A stretch of DNA of 64,000 bases from Antedon mediterranea (taxonomy: Eukaryota; Animalia; Echinodermata): assembly GCF_964355755.1 (NCBI RefSeq), contig NC_092677.1, positions 7,896,101-7,960,100 on the forward strand, given 5' to 3'. Positions 51,901-64,000 of the stretch are shown here, piece after piece (the first letter of the stretch is position 1; each line of letters begins with the position of its first letter). Position numbers and translations under genes: made by a program. Under the pieces are notes generated by a model that saw only the letters and a list, made by a program, of their open reading frames with translations, searched no databases and was not told the DNA's origin.

Positions 51901-52424
51901 ATCAGAGGATGATTGAGAATGTAAATTGATGACAATTGATCATTATAAAGACAATGACAAAGATTATGAATAGTGGGAATGATAATAGAAATGTGGAAAG
52001 AGACAGTGTCAATCAAGATTTCAGAAAATGAGGTCATAAGTACTCATGTACGGGAATAACAAAAAAATATAGATAATTAAATTGTTCAATGTAAAAAGTG
52101 TTAATATATTTATCTTTCTGTGGGTGGTGCTGCTTTACGAGAGTTAGTACGAGAGTTAGTACGAGAGTTAGTACGAGAGTTAGTACGAGAGTTAGTACGA
52201 GAGTTAGTACGAGAGTTAGTACGAGAGTTAGTACGAGAGTTAGTACGAGAGTTAGTACGAGAGTTAGTACGAGAGTTAGTACGAGAGTTAGTACGAGAGT
52301 TAGTACGAGAGTTAGTACGAGAGTTAGTACGAGAGTTAGTACGAGAGTTAGTACGAGAGTTAGTACGAGATGTTTATTTTTTATGTATTACTCTATTTCA
52401 GTGACTGGCTACTGCAACTGTTAA
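45974..52424 (+). CDS. Gene E: divergent CAP-domain + hinge + EGF protein; frameshifted in the EGF exon as assembled (pseudogene, truncated allele or homopolymer error)
   Basis: Exons 45974-46219, 46697-46945, 47385-47473, 49980-50161, 51582-51712, 52402-52424. The first four are in frame. The EGF exon is 131 nt against 123 in paralogues; a G13 run (51649-51661) puts TAG 51662-51664 in frame, and the rest of the EGF (EKCNCPYGFTGKVCQ) continues in another frame. Confidence 0.85.
48462..49374. mobile_element. PIF/Harbinger-like MITE (TAA TSD)
   Basis: TAA|GGCCaaaa..gtttgtttgctgtca ... tgacagcaaacaaac..ttttaGGCC|TAA. Removing it and one TAA restores the H1 sequence aacattataatgc. Confidence 0.72.
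48658..49055. mobile_element. Tc1/mariner-superfamily (Tc2/pogo-like) MITE with TA TSD
   Basis: TA|gcgtatatttcggtgtataatcgcac ... gtgcgacttatacaccgaaatatacgg|TA. Confidence 0.72.
52136..52370 (+). repeat. Perfect 12-bp tandem array (TACGAGAGTTAG) x ~19.6
   Basis: Directly visible; ends ~30 nt before the last-exon acceptor of gene E. Confidence 0.97.
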
Positions 52425-53629
52425 CCTGCACTCACGATAACAAATTAACGGAATCTCGAAATAACATTTTAAGATATTTCGGTAAATTATATATTTAAAA
52501 TATATAATATTTGATTAATTTCTCCTATTCTTTGTTTTGATTACCTTAAATAGTAACTGTTTTAAAACTATAATTATTATTGAATTATCACTATTATTAA
52601 ATTTTCTATTATAAATACTAGTATTATTACTAATTGTCGTATCGTAGTTGTTATTATAGTTACGTCTATCAATACCACTATATTAATATTATCATCAACA
52701 TAACTATAATAGTAATACGTTTTTCATTAAAAATCAGGCAGGATATACAACGTTTATTAATTAATACAAGTCAAGGCCTTTGAAACTGGTTTATTATATA
52801 GGCCTATTCCAATATAATCGTATTCTGTCAGGTGTCAATTGAGTTTTTTTTAGTACCTTCCAAACCAACCGGTCATACCAACACACCAATATGATGATAG
52901 AATAACCAAATAATTGCAGTCAAGAACCTAGGCTATATTGAGTATAAATAAGCTTATAATACGTGTCTTCTGTACGAATCGTAAAAGGGTCTGTTTATAA
53001 ATTGAAAACATTGTCTGTATATATGAAGCTAATGACAGAGATATCGTTTATTAAAAGTAATTCATACAGCTAGACTCTTTTAGATGACTGGCAATAGTCT
53101 GTCAGACCGAGTCTAGGGACAGCTGCAGCGTCTGGTGAGAAATCAATGGAATCTCAAAAGATGGATCTATTCCAGGACATGTTATATTGTACATTGTACA
53201 TTAATATCATTACTTTAGTGGTGAGATCTGAATAGTGAATATTTTTATTTGTATTTCTTTAAAAGTAATTTTAGGTCATTAGATTTATTTTCTAAGATTT
53301 TAAATCAGGCTGGCTGAGGTATTTCTATTTTACTGAATAATAATACGGTATTTATTAGGATTTGTTGAGCAGGGAGGGAGGATTGACCATGTTTGTCAAG
53401 GAGAAAAATATACATTTTCTGATAAAAATACAATAAAACAAAATCCTACTGAGTGATATTTTCATCTTTAAAAGCTACTAAAACAACCCTTAAAGTACAG
53501 GAATTATTTTCGAAAAATTGCCAAAATTTTTAATATCGCCTCCAACCCCCAAAATAGGTTATAGCTTAGCGCGCATGCCCAAACCACCCCGCCCCCACTG
53601 CAGTATAGTTAGAATGTACGGTAGGCATT

Positions 53630-53818
53630 AACTGGGAAAATAGAAGGAAGAAGGAGCAGGGGGAGAAAAAGAGTCACTTGGTTGGCCAGCATAGCTGAAT
53701 GGATTCGGAATAGAGGCGAGAATACCAAAGAAGTGGAGTTGCTGAACATGGCAATAGACAGAGAATTGTGGCACAACATGTCTCATGATATGGCACTTCG
53801 AGAGAGAGAGAGAGAGAG
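53630..53818 (+). mobile_element. 3' end of an RTE-clade LINE with (GA)n tail
   Basis: GKIEGRRSRGRKR and MAIDRELWHNM resemble the RTE ORF C-terminus (EG.R.RGR.R ... A.DR..W); followed by gagagaga. Confidence 0.55.
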
Positions 53819-55146
53819 ACGGTAGGCCTCAGTGTACATTATAGTTTATAGTTTATATTTTTTTATAAACCTTTTAATTGTATTACGCCACTGTAGGCCT
53901 ATTGATATATGTATTTAGATTTGATGACCAGAAAGTAATTATATTAGGCTATACCATGGTCCTACTATTACTAATACAATATATTTCCCTGTAATAAAAT
54001 AAAATCAAGGTAATCATCTTAGTTTCGGCGTGGAATCTATTAAAGTTCAATAGCTACAGAGTCAAGACATGTAACGTTCTTAAGGAGGAGAATATTTATA
54101 AATGAAAGTAGGCTTACCGTAAAAAGTAAAATATATGTCAGCATGTCCACAAAAAACATCAATATAAAATCCAACATAACCAACGTTCTTGTTAGTCTCA
54201 TTAAGTATAACAATTATTCCTACATGACATTGCATGCTTCCCAAGAAGGCCGGTTCAACTTCAGACTAATAAACACGGTTTCGTGCTGGCGCCGACGACA
54301 CGTACGAATGAAGGAATGAGAAAGAACAATAGAGATGTTATAATACACCTGTTCTATACACATATTTTCATTGTGGAAGTATTCGTTCCTATTTACGTCT
54401 GATCCATACATGCTACTTTTTTGAAGTAAAAATCGCACTTGAAAAATTGATATTGCGAATACTTCTATTAGTATGATAAAAAGAGAATACAAAAAAAAAT
54501 AGTATGCGTATTTTTAGCCAGAAAACTATTGTCTCAACAAATAACTTGCGGTTTGGTTTACAATAGGATAAATCAAATGAGCTGATAAAATGAAAACACC
54601 TATTAAGCCTTACAATGAAATGATGTAGATGAGTTTTAAACCTATACTCGGTATACATTTAAATCTCTCCGTCGTAAATGCAAGGACCACCAAAATAATG
54701 TGCAAGTATTAGGCGCGCACGTATGAGATGGGTCATTCCAGAACTCTAGTACTATTCTCTTTGCCACGAATTATCTTCTCACAGGTATAATTAGATATTC
54801 AAATTTCCATAACAAAAGAATTGTTTTATATAGGCGATTCATTTTGTAAAAACAATAACAAATAATGGTTACAAACACACGGTCTCTAATGGTTCAAATT
54901 AGTGAGGCAACGCATCGACGTATTGACGCAAAGTACTGTATTACGTAACCACAAGTAGGAACCGACGACGCAACATCGCAGGGTTGATTTCGCGCAGGCG
55001 GGGGCAAACGCATTGGAAGGGCATTTTCTTACGTTGCGTCTCTAGTGGGAAGAATGCTTATGTAACACACCTAGACTCTTAGCTTTTACTTGCGATAGTC
55101 ATTTAAGGCGTATATAATGATGTACGAAGAAGATGTATTGTCCCTC

Positions 55147-55820
55147 AACAAGGCCATATACATGGCTGCAGTCGCGTGCTCAAATTAGTGTTTACCGACC
55201 GACCGACCGACCAACCGACCGATATTGCTGAACATGTTTTAAAATGTTGAAAATGTTTAAAAACATTTATATTTTTTTAATTTACACGTACTTAGCCTGT
55301 CACTTTTGACGTGCTCGTATAACGTAATTTCGAGTTGGAAAGTGAATCAAATACGATGACATTATTAAAGAAAGGTTTTTAAACAGAAATCGGGCAAAAA
55401 GAGTACAAAAATCTGCGCACTTATTGCAATTTTTTAAACGCTTAAAATTGCTTGAAACGTACTCTAATTTCATCGAAAGTAAACAATTTTGAAAATTTTA
55501 AGCGCGCGTACGGATGTGTTATATGCGCTACGCACATAATTGTATTGCCATATGATGAATTATGACCTGAAATTTATGAGTACCAAATTTCATTTAATTG
55601 TGATTCATGCTTGTGAAGATATGATTATATTTTCGTTAAATCGTGCGTATACCGCTTATTTTTTTATTGCGCACCGTGAAAAACATAACCACATCGAGTC
55701 CTGGCCATAAGGAATATACTCTGACTTAGCTAGATGAAACTGATATCAAGAAAAGGCCATATACAAGTTAGTGTTTACCGACCGACCAACCGACCGACAT
55801 AGTGAGCTGTAGAGTCTTGT
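55147..55820 (-). mobile_element. DINE-1/HINE-like (Helentron-associated) element
   Basis: Reverse-complement match to 63175-63931, including (accg)n microsatellites and the terminal stem-loop; short relatives at ~42808-42900, ~14543-14600 and ~23735-23870. Confidence 0.7.
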
Positions 55821-57880
55821 TGCTCTATTGACATGTTAGTCCAGTACAAGTATGATTGCACCTAGAACAAAACGAATTTGTTTTATTTTGAAAGTGGGTC
55901 AATTAGCATATTTACCATTTTGAAGCTCCGTATTTCAAAGGTTGGTTTTAAACCACCCAATTGCATAACAAGTAGATATAAATGTGATATTAAACTTTCC
56001 AATTGCCATATTCAAATTACCATATGACGTACCTATGGCGTCATAAGATAGTAATTTCCTTGACCATTAAGTTTCTTCATTTACAAATTATCATGGAAAT
56101 TGTAATTATAATTTAATGAAGGTTATGATCATCAACTTGTATTAAGAATTTTGACAGCTTACAGTACTCACCACATAAACATTCCTAACCACTTCTGTTT
56201 TCGTCAGGAACCATACCAAGACTAATTGCAATTTACATTAAACAAGCTGTGGCTTCAATACATTGTACACTATAAATAGAATGTTTATATTTTAAAAATA
56301 AATACATTACTGAAACTGCGCATGTGACAGTACTTGAACTCCTCAATCCCTAAAACTATTAATATCATTCTCCCTATCCCTTATTTTCGACATTTCTATG
56401 ATGGTAAAGACTGTAGTAGCAGATAATCGTAATACGTATAAGGTATTTATTTAAATGAAACGTAAGGTATTTATTTAAATATTTGTATTGAATCATAAAA
56501 AAACCTTAACAAATTGTTAATTGTTAACTGAGTTCTTTGATATCAGCATCTCCAACTGCATTCAAAGTTGCTATTTTATTGTCAAATATTTGATGTAGAT
56601 TATATTTACAGATTTGCAGCCTTCACAGAATAAACATAGTATCAGCATTAAATAAGCCAGTGGGTAAATCTTTATGGAGATCATTTAAAATCAATATGCT
56701 ATATAACATTGAATGTGAAACATATAACAATAAAGAAACAAGTATAGAAAAATTTCTAATTTGATACGATTTATCAGAAAAGGAATTACTGTACTGTGAT
56801 ACGAGTTACAGGTACTGATCTATTATGATTTTTTATTAGTTTTATATTGTATATAAAGACATTGTATAATCCGGGTTCTATTTTATTATTATTTTTATTT
56901 TATTAATTTTAGCAACATTAAAACAATACATAAACTTTAAGTGTGGCAAAAGAGGTCGAAGGACCACTGTCGCCATAAGGCGTGCCACACCAGCACTCAA
57001 AGCATACATTAAAACATAAAACAATATAAATATATGTAATATTAATTACCATAATTATATACATTAAAGAGGCATAGTATTTTTAATCCGGGTTCTAAAA
57101 TGAAAACAAACAAATAAAAATGAAAAACTCACAAAGGGATATTTTAAAACGAGATAGATGATAATGATGATCATTGTCAAGTGTATAGCAAAATATAAGA
57201 AAATTAATGAAAAAAGGATGTAATACGGAATTCAAAAATGTAAAAATATTACTGATGAATTGTAACGACATTGGGAATGAAAAAAAGGTGTTACATGATA
57301 TTATTTTACGTAATGACATGAGATTATATGAGTGTGAATAAAAGTGGTGTTTGCGCCACAAAAGAGAAAAAAATTTAAGAAGATAATGCTTGTTTTGGTT
57401 TATAATGTTTTTTTTAGCTTATAATGTTATCATTTAAAAAGTGAAAAAGAAGAAATATAATTAAACAAACGGTAGTTAAAGAAAACCTCTTGGTGAAAAA
57501 ATGTGCAACAATTCCGTGGTTATTTTCGAATGAGAATCAATCTGTAACAATAGGATCAATTATTTTCCAAACAAGTATTGAGATGTTCAATCCCAAATTG
57601 ATACTTTGTGATCCAACTTCAAATTTGAGCAAAGTTCTGTCTACATCAAACATTATGTGACAAAGTGTGATGTGCCCATATATAGACATGATGATGTCAT
57701 ATCACTACTATATTTGGGCATTTCACTACCAAATTTGGGAACATCACACTTTTTTGTCAAAACTGTATGATAGTGTAGACAGAGTTTAAAAGTAGATTGA
57801 ACCACCTCCAACAGACTCATTACTAATTTAAGAATCTATTTTTTTACATGCACATATAAATGAAATTGCAATTGTAAAAG

Positions 57881-58114
57881 TTGCAGAAAATGAACTGGAA
57901 TGTTCATCATACAAAATCACACAAGTACTATTTACGTATCGACAATAAATTTCAGCATCTTGATGTACCTCCTTTTAGACTGAAAATTTCCGAATATTTT
58001 GTTTCTGTTTCAGGACCGCGAATCTGGAATGATCTTGATGATAAACTAAAGCATTTTAAATCTCTTTATACTTTTCGTAAAAATTTAAAAAAATATCTTA
58101 TTTCTTTATACTAA
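57881..58114 (+). mobile_element. 3' end of a CR1/L2-group LINE ORF2
   Basis: Peptide SVSGPRIWNDL..LKHFKSLYTFRKNLKKYL matches the typical terminal GP.LWN.L...S...FK..LK motif. Confidence 0.65.
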
Positions 58115-60264
58115 TTTTAATATTATTATGATTGTAGTACACTGAAAGTATCTATTTTTATTTCATCGTTTTTGTTTTTATTTATTATTTTATGTAGTAA
58201 ATTGTATTAGTTTAAATGTATGTGTATTGTTTCTGGGGTCTTTCTCGAGACAAGAAACTTGTTTTCTTCTAGAGAAGACCCCAAATGATGGCTTATTACT
58301 ATGTTTTCATTTATGTACACACCTATAATTATATTATACTGTATAATGCCATTGTTGAATAAATAAATGTTTTTTTGAACTTGAACTTTTGAACTTGAAC
58401 ATGTTCTATTGCATGTTGTCAAGGTGGCCGAAGTATAGGCCTAACTTATATTGATACCCAGTTGATGATCTTAGCCTGGATGATAAAATGTTTTACTATT
58501 TCTTTTTATTTTTTATTTCTATTTATTTAGATAATGAAGAAAAATAAAACATTTGCCATATAATTTGGAATAAAATGTTTTCTCTCATGTTTATTTAATT
58601 GGAATTTTAGATTAAACAAATTTCTCCTAAATTCACCCTATTCCCAGTGCCGTATCTCCACATACTATCTATTTCCGAAGTATCAAAGGAATATTTTGGT
58701 AATACAGCATCTCATTTACACCACATTTGGTGCCTGTATCATGTAAGGTTAGGTTAAGGGTTAGATCAATACTAGATACATTTGAAACACATATGATGTT
58801 GTATTACCAAATATATATACTTCGGAAACAGATACAATACCGAGAATCGGCTGTCGACTTCAAGAATATACAAAGTCTTGCTGTGGATGTGCAGTGGATT
58901 ATTTACCTCCGCCAAGGAGGTATATGTAGTCGATCACGTGTTTGTTTGTTACTTGGCAAAATAAAATTTTGCCAAGTAACAAACTTACGTACTTACTTAC
59001 TTTGTTTGTATCTTTGTTTTTGTTTGTTAGCACGACAGCGCCTACAGTTTTCAAGTTCACATTCTGAATTGTTTTCCTCATGAATTTCTTATGTAGGCGA
59101 ATTCTACAGTAGGCGAATTCTACAGTAGGCGAATTTTACAGTAGGCGGAGTGTCGTTCTGGTATTATTTAATTAATATGTAAAATAGTCATTTATACAGA
59201 GGTTTGTTTGATTAGTGGTAAACGGTGTGGGATGAATAGTTATGAAACTCACCAGTTTTGCAAATCAACATACTTACATCTCTAGCTAAACATTGAAATA
59301 AAATAATTTTAAAAGTACCTTGTGCACATATAGGGTTAACTTTATTTGCTTGTCCCTTTTGTGCATTTTAAAATTGAAATTGACGTAGCCTAAATATCTA
59401 CTTGAACACAAAAATAAAATATACAACCATTATTTGATACTACTGATTATTCTATATGTCAACAGTTTCTCTCTAGTTCACCTCTAACTGCAGGGTTTGG
59501 AGCAGTATTTGGAATTTGCAAGATTTAGCCACAACATTTTAATTGTATTATTTCTAGTATCATATTTTCTTCTACCCCGCATAGTTCGTATCCATATAAG
59601 CGTTTAATGTCGATTGATTTCAAAGTAGACATGCACTAGCAGTAACCAGTGCACCACACGGTCTTTTGCTGCCTTAAATGTACGTAGTTATATACTTTGC
59701 ATGGGCAAGTATAATAAAAGCGCACTTTGATAAAATTACTTTGGTTTTTACTATTAAAATAAAACATATTGTATCAAGAATAAAATTCGAAACTATTTAC
59801 GATCATTGATTTTGTTATACACTATACCTTTACTTTGAAATATATGTAAGCTAAAAAATGAAAGCAATACTGGATATGGAACTTTAACCTTTACTTTTGA
59901 CTGTTCAGACTTTGTGCTGTGTGAATTAGTTAGATGATTCCCGCAAACACTAAGGAAAGTATAAAATGCCAAACTACATTATGTGGGTGTTTTTCGTGGT
60001 GTATTAATTATTTGATACATGTAAATAAAATAAAAAAGTCGACATAAATCGAATGAAAAACACATTGCTGCGGACACACGAATTGAAAGTTGATTTCAAC
60101 AGACCATTCGGAATCGTTTTGTTTGTGTGTGTTCATTTTTATTCATTTACATTTTTTAAATGGCTTTGATATTTTGCGATTTCTTTTTGTGTGGGAGATT
60201 TGTCTCTCTCTCGTCTGATGTTCAGCTTTCTGCTGGTGTCCCCCTTTGGATGCTCGGGTGTCCC

Positions 60265-61943
60265 TTTTTACTTGGCAAAAAGAATTTTGACAAGTATGTA
60301 TTCACTTTGTTTGTATGTTTGTGTGACATGTGTATGCATGTATGTATGTTTGTATGTATGTTTGTTTGTTAGCACGATAGCGCCTACAGTTTTCAAGTTA
60401 TCGTTCTGAATTTTTGGGTGTAGATAGGTATGTACTTTCAGACCATGCCTATTGAAAATCAACAAAATTGGTTTATTAATAACTTCACAAATAACAAAAA
60501 TGATATTATTTTCGGACCAGCTAGTGTTAAAAGATAGGAGACAATTTTCAAAAGCCGGTGAGCAGTTTTAAAGTAACACGTAAACTAAAATTACATTTTC
60601 TCGAGAACTACTTGTCCAAAAAACCTCATTTTTGGACAAGAGGCAAGGGTTATAATTTGTGATTTGTAATTTTAAAACATAACCTGATTCAATGTACGGC
60701 TTTTTAATACGAGTAGTTATAAAAAAAACCTATTTCTTTTAAAATCCACCCGCTTGTTTTTCGCTTTGCTGTTCTATTATTATTCAAATTAATCTATATA
60801 GTTAGTTGATAATTAGCTTTTTAGTACCAGCGTGTGTCCTTCCTTGTTTCATTCTGTAAATAGGGATTACTTACAGAACATGCCTATTGATTTTCAGAAA
60901 AATTGATATATTGGTCATGTCAAAAAAGCTTACCTTCCGTATACGATATATTAAATAGCACGCATTCTGTCTTCTTTTAACATGGACATATTCTTTGATA
61001 TGGACCAACATTTTATTCGACTGGTCGAGCGGTTAAGCTTACTCCAAGGGTTAAGTACTCCATCGGTTAGGCAGGGGCGCCGAAAATCGGCACAGGTTCA
61101 AGAAAACCCTCAACTCTTGGTCAATCTTGATTTTAGAAAGGTCATTGTTACAATGACGGAGTTTGTTAAACAAATTATAAACCCCAGCAGGATTTGAACC
61201 ATGTAAATCTAATTACCTAAAGCAAAAAATGTATCATTCAACATGCTCCCTATCAGTGGATATATTTTGCCAAGTACTTCACTCAGTTTCTGAGTGCTTT
61301 CATTTGTTTGTTTGTTTGTTTGTTAGCAGGATTACTCAAAAAGTAATTAAAAGATCTTTACCAAAATTAATAGACAGATAGATATGTGGTCAAGGAACAT
61401 TCCATTAAATTGGGACCATTTGGGACCACAGTCCCAATTCTGGACCACTTTTTAGTATACTTTTTCAGACCTGCTAGTGTTAAAAGATAGGACAGAATTT
61501 TTCAAAAGCCGGCGAGCAGTCTTAAAGTAACAAATAAACTGAAATTGCATTTTCTCGAGAACTATTTGTCCAAAAAACTTCATTTTTGAACAAGAGGCAA
61601 GAGTTATAATTTGTGATTTGTAATTTTAAAACATAATTTGATTTAATGTGCACGTTTTTTGATGCGAGTAGTTTAAAAAACCTATTTCTTTTCAAATTCA
61701 CTCGTTTGATTTTTGCATTGCTGTTCTATTGTTAGTCAACTGAAGCTATTGTTAATTGAAAGGCTTGTTACATAACCATTACACCAAACTCGCATACACA
61801 TGCTTGTAATGAAATTAGCCTAAATCACAAACAGCATTAAGACACACACAAATATATATATATATATATTTTTTACCAGAGAAATCTTATGTAGGAGAAT
61901 TTTACAGTAGGCGGAGGTATGCACTCTCGGAGTGGCTTTCTAG
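60265..61943 (+). mobile_element. Cluster of H2-related repeats (blocks ~60510-60780 and ~61465-61730 duplicated) ending in hairpin-CTAG
   Basis: gctagtgttaaaagatagga..ttttcaaaagccgg..ttctcgagaacta occurs twice; tttgtttgttagca heads at ~59020, ~60361 and ~61315; 3' end matches 12066 inverted. Confidence 0.55.
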
Positions 61944-62377
61944 TTGTAGATGTGGCTCAGTTCATGTCCTCCCTAGTCTCTGTTGATGTCCATATTCGTT
62001 TTTCTTATCCAAATGGCTTTTTTATTTATCCGGTGGTATGTGGTTTTCTATGGTGGCGTGATCTGTGATAGCTGATTTGTGTAGACAACTGGTTTAACAA
62101 AAAAGTTAACATTTATTTTAAAATATTAATTTACATCGTTTTGAATACCAAAACGGAAATAATAATAATTATGATAAATACTTTCTCCTGCTTAACCGTT
62201 TTCATTAGCGAAACGTTGACTTCTAAATTGTTAATACTTCTCAATTTATTGATTCCAGATATATTATTGTTAAATTTTTTTATTTTTTTTATTCATATTT
62301 CATACAGAGAAAAAAATAAAAAAAAGGACAAAATAAACAAAAAGACGTGTCTATACCAGCAGTAAAAAAGATTAATG

Positions 62378-64000
62378 TTACAATAAATTAATAAAGTCTA
62401 CCCATTGTTTCTCAAAATCATTTGATTCTCCATTTTGCCTTGCAATATACCTTAACATCATTAAATAATTTCGTATATAAATATTTAAAGCCTTAATACT
62501 TGGCAGAGTTTTACCAATTCTACATTTATAAATTAAAGACTTTGTAAGAATAATAATTGTATTAACAGAAAAACATTGTGAAATATCTCCAAACAAAATC
62601 GAATCAATTGTAAAAGTTATTTTTTTAAAGGAAATACTAATTTTGTGTTCTATATTTGACCATAGTGGTTATTTGCAGCTTACAAGCAGATGAGGAAGTG
62701 TTTCCGGTACATTGTCACAGAAAGTACATGCTTTATTTTGTCGAATACCAATTCTTGTCAAAAAAACATTTGTTGCAATTATTCTATTATTTATTCTATA
62801 TTGGAACCATTGTAGGTTTGTTTGTCTGACACATTTAAAAGGAAGTTTGTACATTTGTTTCAGTTCCTCATCTGTTTTATTGACATTAATTTTTTCTTCC
62901 CATTTTCTCATACTTTTCGGTCTGACAAAAACATTTTCTTTAAATTTGTTGAATTTTTAATAAAAATATCTAAATGAAAAGGAATTATTGGTGTTTGCAG
63001 TTTAGTCAAATTATTTATATTGTAACTATGTTTTATTGAATTAATTATACCTTGGTACTGTAAAAAATTACATTGAATATTATAATGTTTTTTGAAATGT
63101 TCCCATGACATAAAAGATTTTTTTTCTGAACATAATACATCGTTAATATAAACTATTCCCCTTTCATACCAATTTTTAGTCGCGTGGAAGCGACTCTATA
63201 GTTCACTATGTCGGTCGGTCGGTCGGTCGGTCGGTCTGTCAGTCTGTCGGTCTGTCGGTCTGTCTGTCGGTCCGGTGTCACTATGCGTTTTATCGCTTTC
63301 TGACCTTATCTTGATATCAGTTTAATCTAGCTAAGTCAATTTTTCACAGTATATTCCTTATGACCAGGAATCGATGTGGTTATGTTTTCACGGTGCGCAA
63401 TAAAAATTTACGCGGTCTACGCACGATTTTAACGAAATCACGTTTGTAATCATATCTTCACAACCATGAATCACAATTAAATACAATTTGGTGCTCATAA
63501 ATTTCAGGGCATAAATCATCATATATGGCAATACAATTACGTGCGTAGCGCATGTAACGCATGCGTACGCGCGCTTAAAATTTTCAAAATTTATTTTCGA
63601 TGAAATAAGAGTACGTTTCAGGCAATTTTAAGCGTTTACAAACTTGCCATGAGTGTGCAGATTTTTGCGCGCGCACTGCGCGTTAAATGTTATTGCGCAC
63701 TCTTTTTGCCCGATTTCTGTTTTCTTGACTTACTTTTCAACTCGAAATTACGTTATACGAGCACGTCAAAAGTGACAGGCTACGCACGTGTAAATTAAAA
63801 AAAATATAACTGTTTTTAAACATTTCAACATTTTTAAACATGTTCAGTAATTTCGGTCAGTTGGTAGGTTGGTCGGTCGGTCGGTCGGTAAACACTAAGC
63901 ACGCGACTGCAGCCATCTATATGGCCTTGTTAAAAAACACTGGCCTATTGGCAACTTTTATTTCGTTATTTCCCCACAAAAATATTCTTGGGATATCTAT
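62378..64000 (-). mobile_element. L1/Tx1-clade LINE ORF2 C-terminal region (frameshifted), interrupted by a DINE-1-like insertion
   Basis: ORFs 62908-63111, 62669-62911 and 62378-62596 give WFQYRINNRIIATN..CTFCDNVPETLPHLLVSC (CCHC zinc knuckle). LWGNNEIKVANRPVFF..NWYERGI joins across the 63175-63931 insertion. Confidence 0.8.
63175..63931 (+). mobile_element. DINE-1/HINE-like (Helentron-associated) element
   Basis: Subterminal inverted repeat agtcgcgtg / cacgcgact, (gtcg/gtct)n microsatellites near both ends, 3' stem-loop gccatctatatggc, T-rich insertion site without obvious TSD. Confidence 0.72.

Noticed and set aside
52098-52424. ORFs (STRV)n/(RELV)n; possible CRISPR-like array or repeat protein
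   Set aside because: A perfect 12-bp tandem repeat with no spacers that happens to lack stops in two frames. Only the final VTGYCNC* is real coding sequence, reached by splicing.
52500-64000. A sixth CAP paralogue or another host gene
   Set aside because: No exon with family motifs was found on either strand; recognisable peptides are LINE remnants.

Overview
AT-rich eukaryotic (animal) genomic DNA, not prokaryotic. The many TAGGCCTA motifs and the repeat content suggest a marine invertebrate such as an echinoderm (inference only). The window holds a cluster of five spliced genes for secreted CAP-superfamily (SCP/PR-1/CRISP-like) proteins. Gene A is on the minus strand and runs off the left edge; genes B-E are tandem on the plus strand. 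I assembled all exon chains by hand from GT-AG junctions. Genes B-E share the layout signal peptide - propeptide ending in RRRR - CAP domain - 4-Cys hinge - one EGF domain - a tiny last exon encoding (T)GYCxC-stop. The paralogues differ in several ways: D and E have lost the conserved CAP histidines; a Cys micro-exon decays along the cluster; C looks mosaic; D has a duplicated last exon; E has a frame-cycling 22-bp exonic repeat and a poly-G frameshift. Introns and spacers carry Helitrons (some nested), DINE-1/HINE-like elements, TTAA-flanked Kolobok-like elements, MITEs, SINE relics and LINE/Penelope fragments. The last ~11 kb is repeat-derived. TE family names come from terminal structure, not from database searches.
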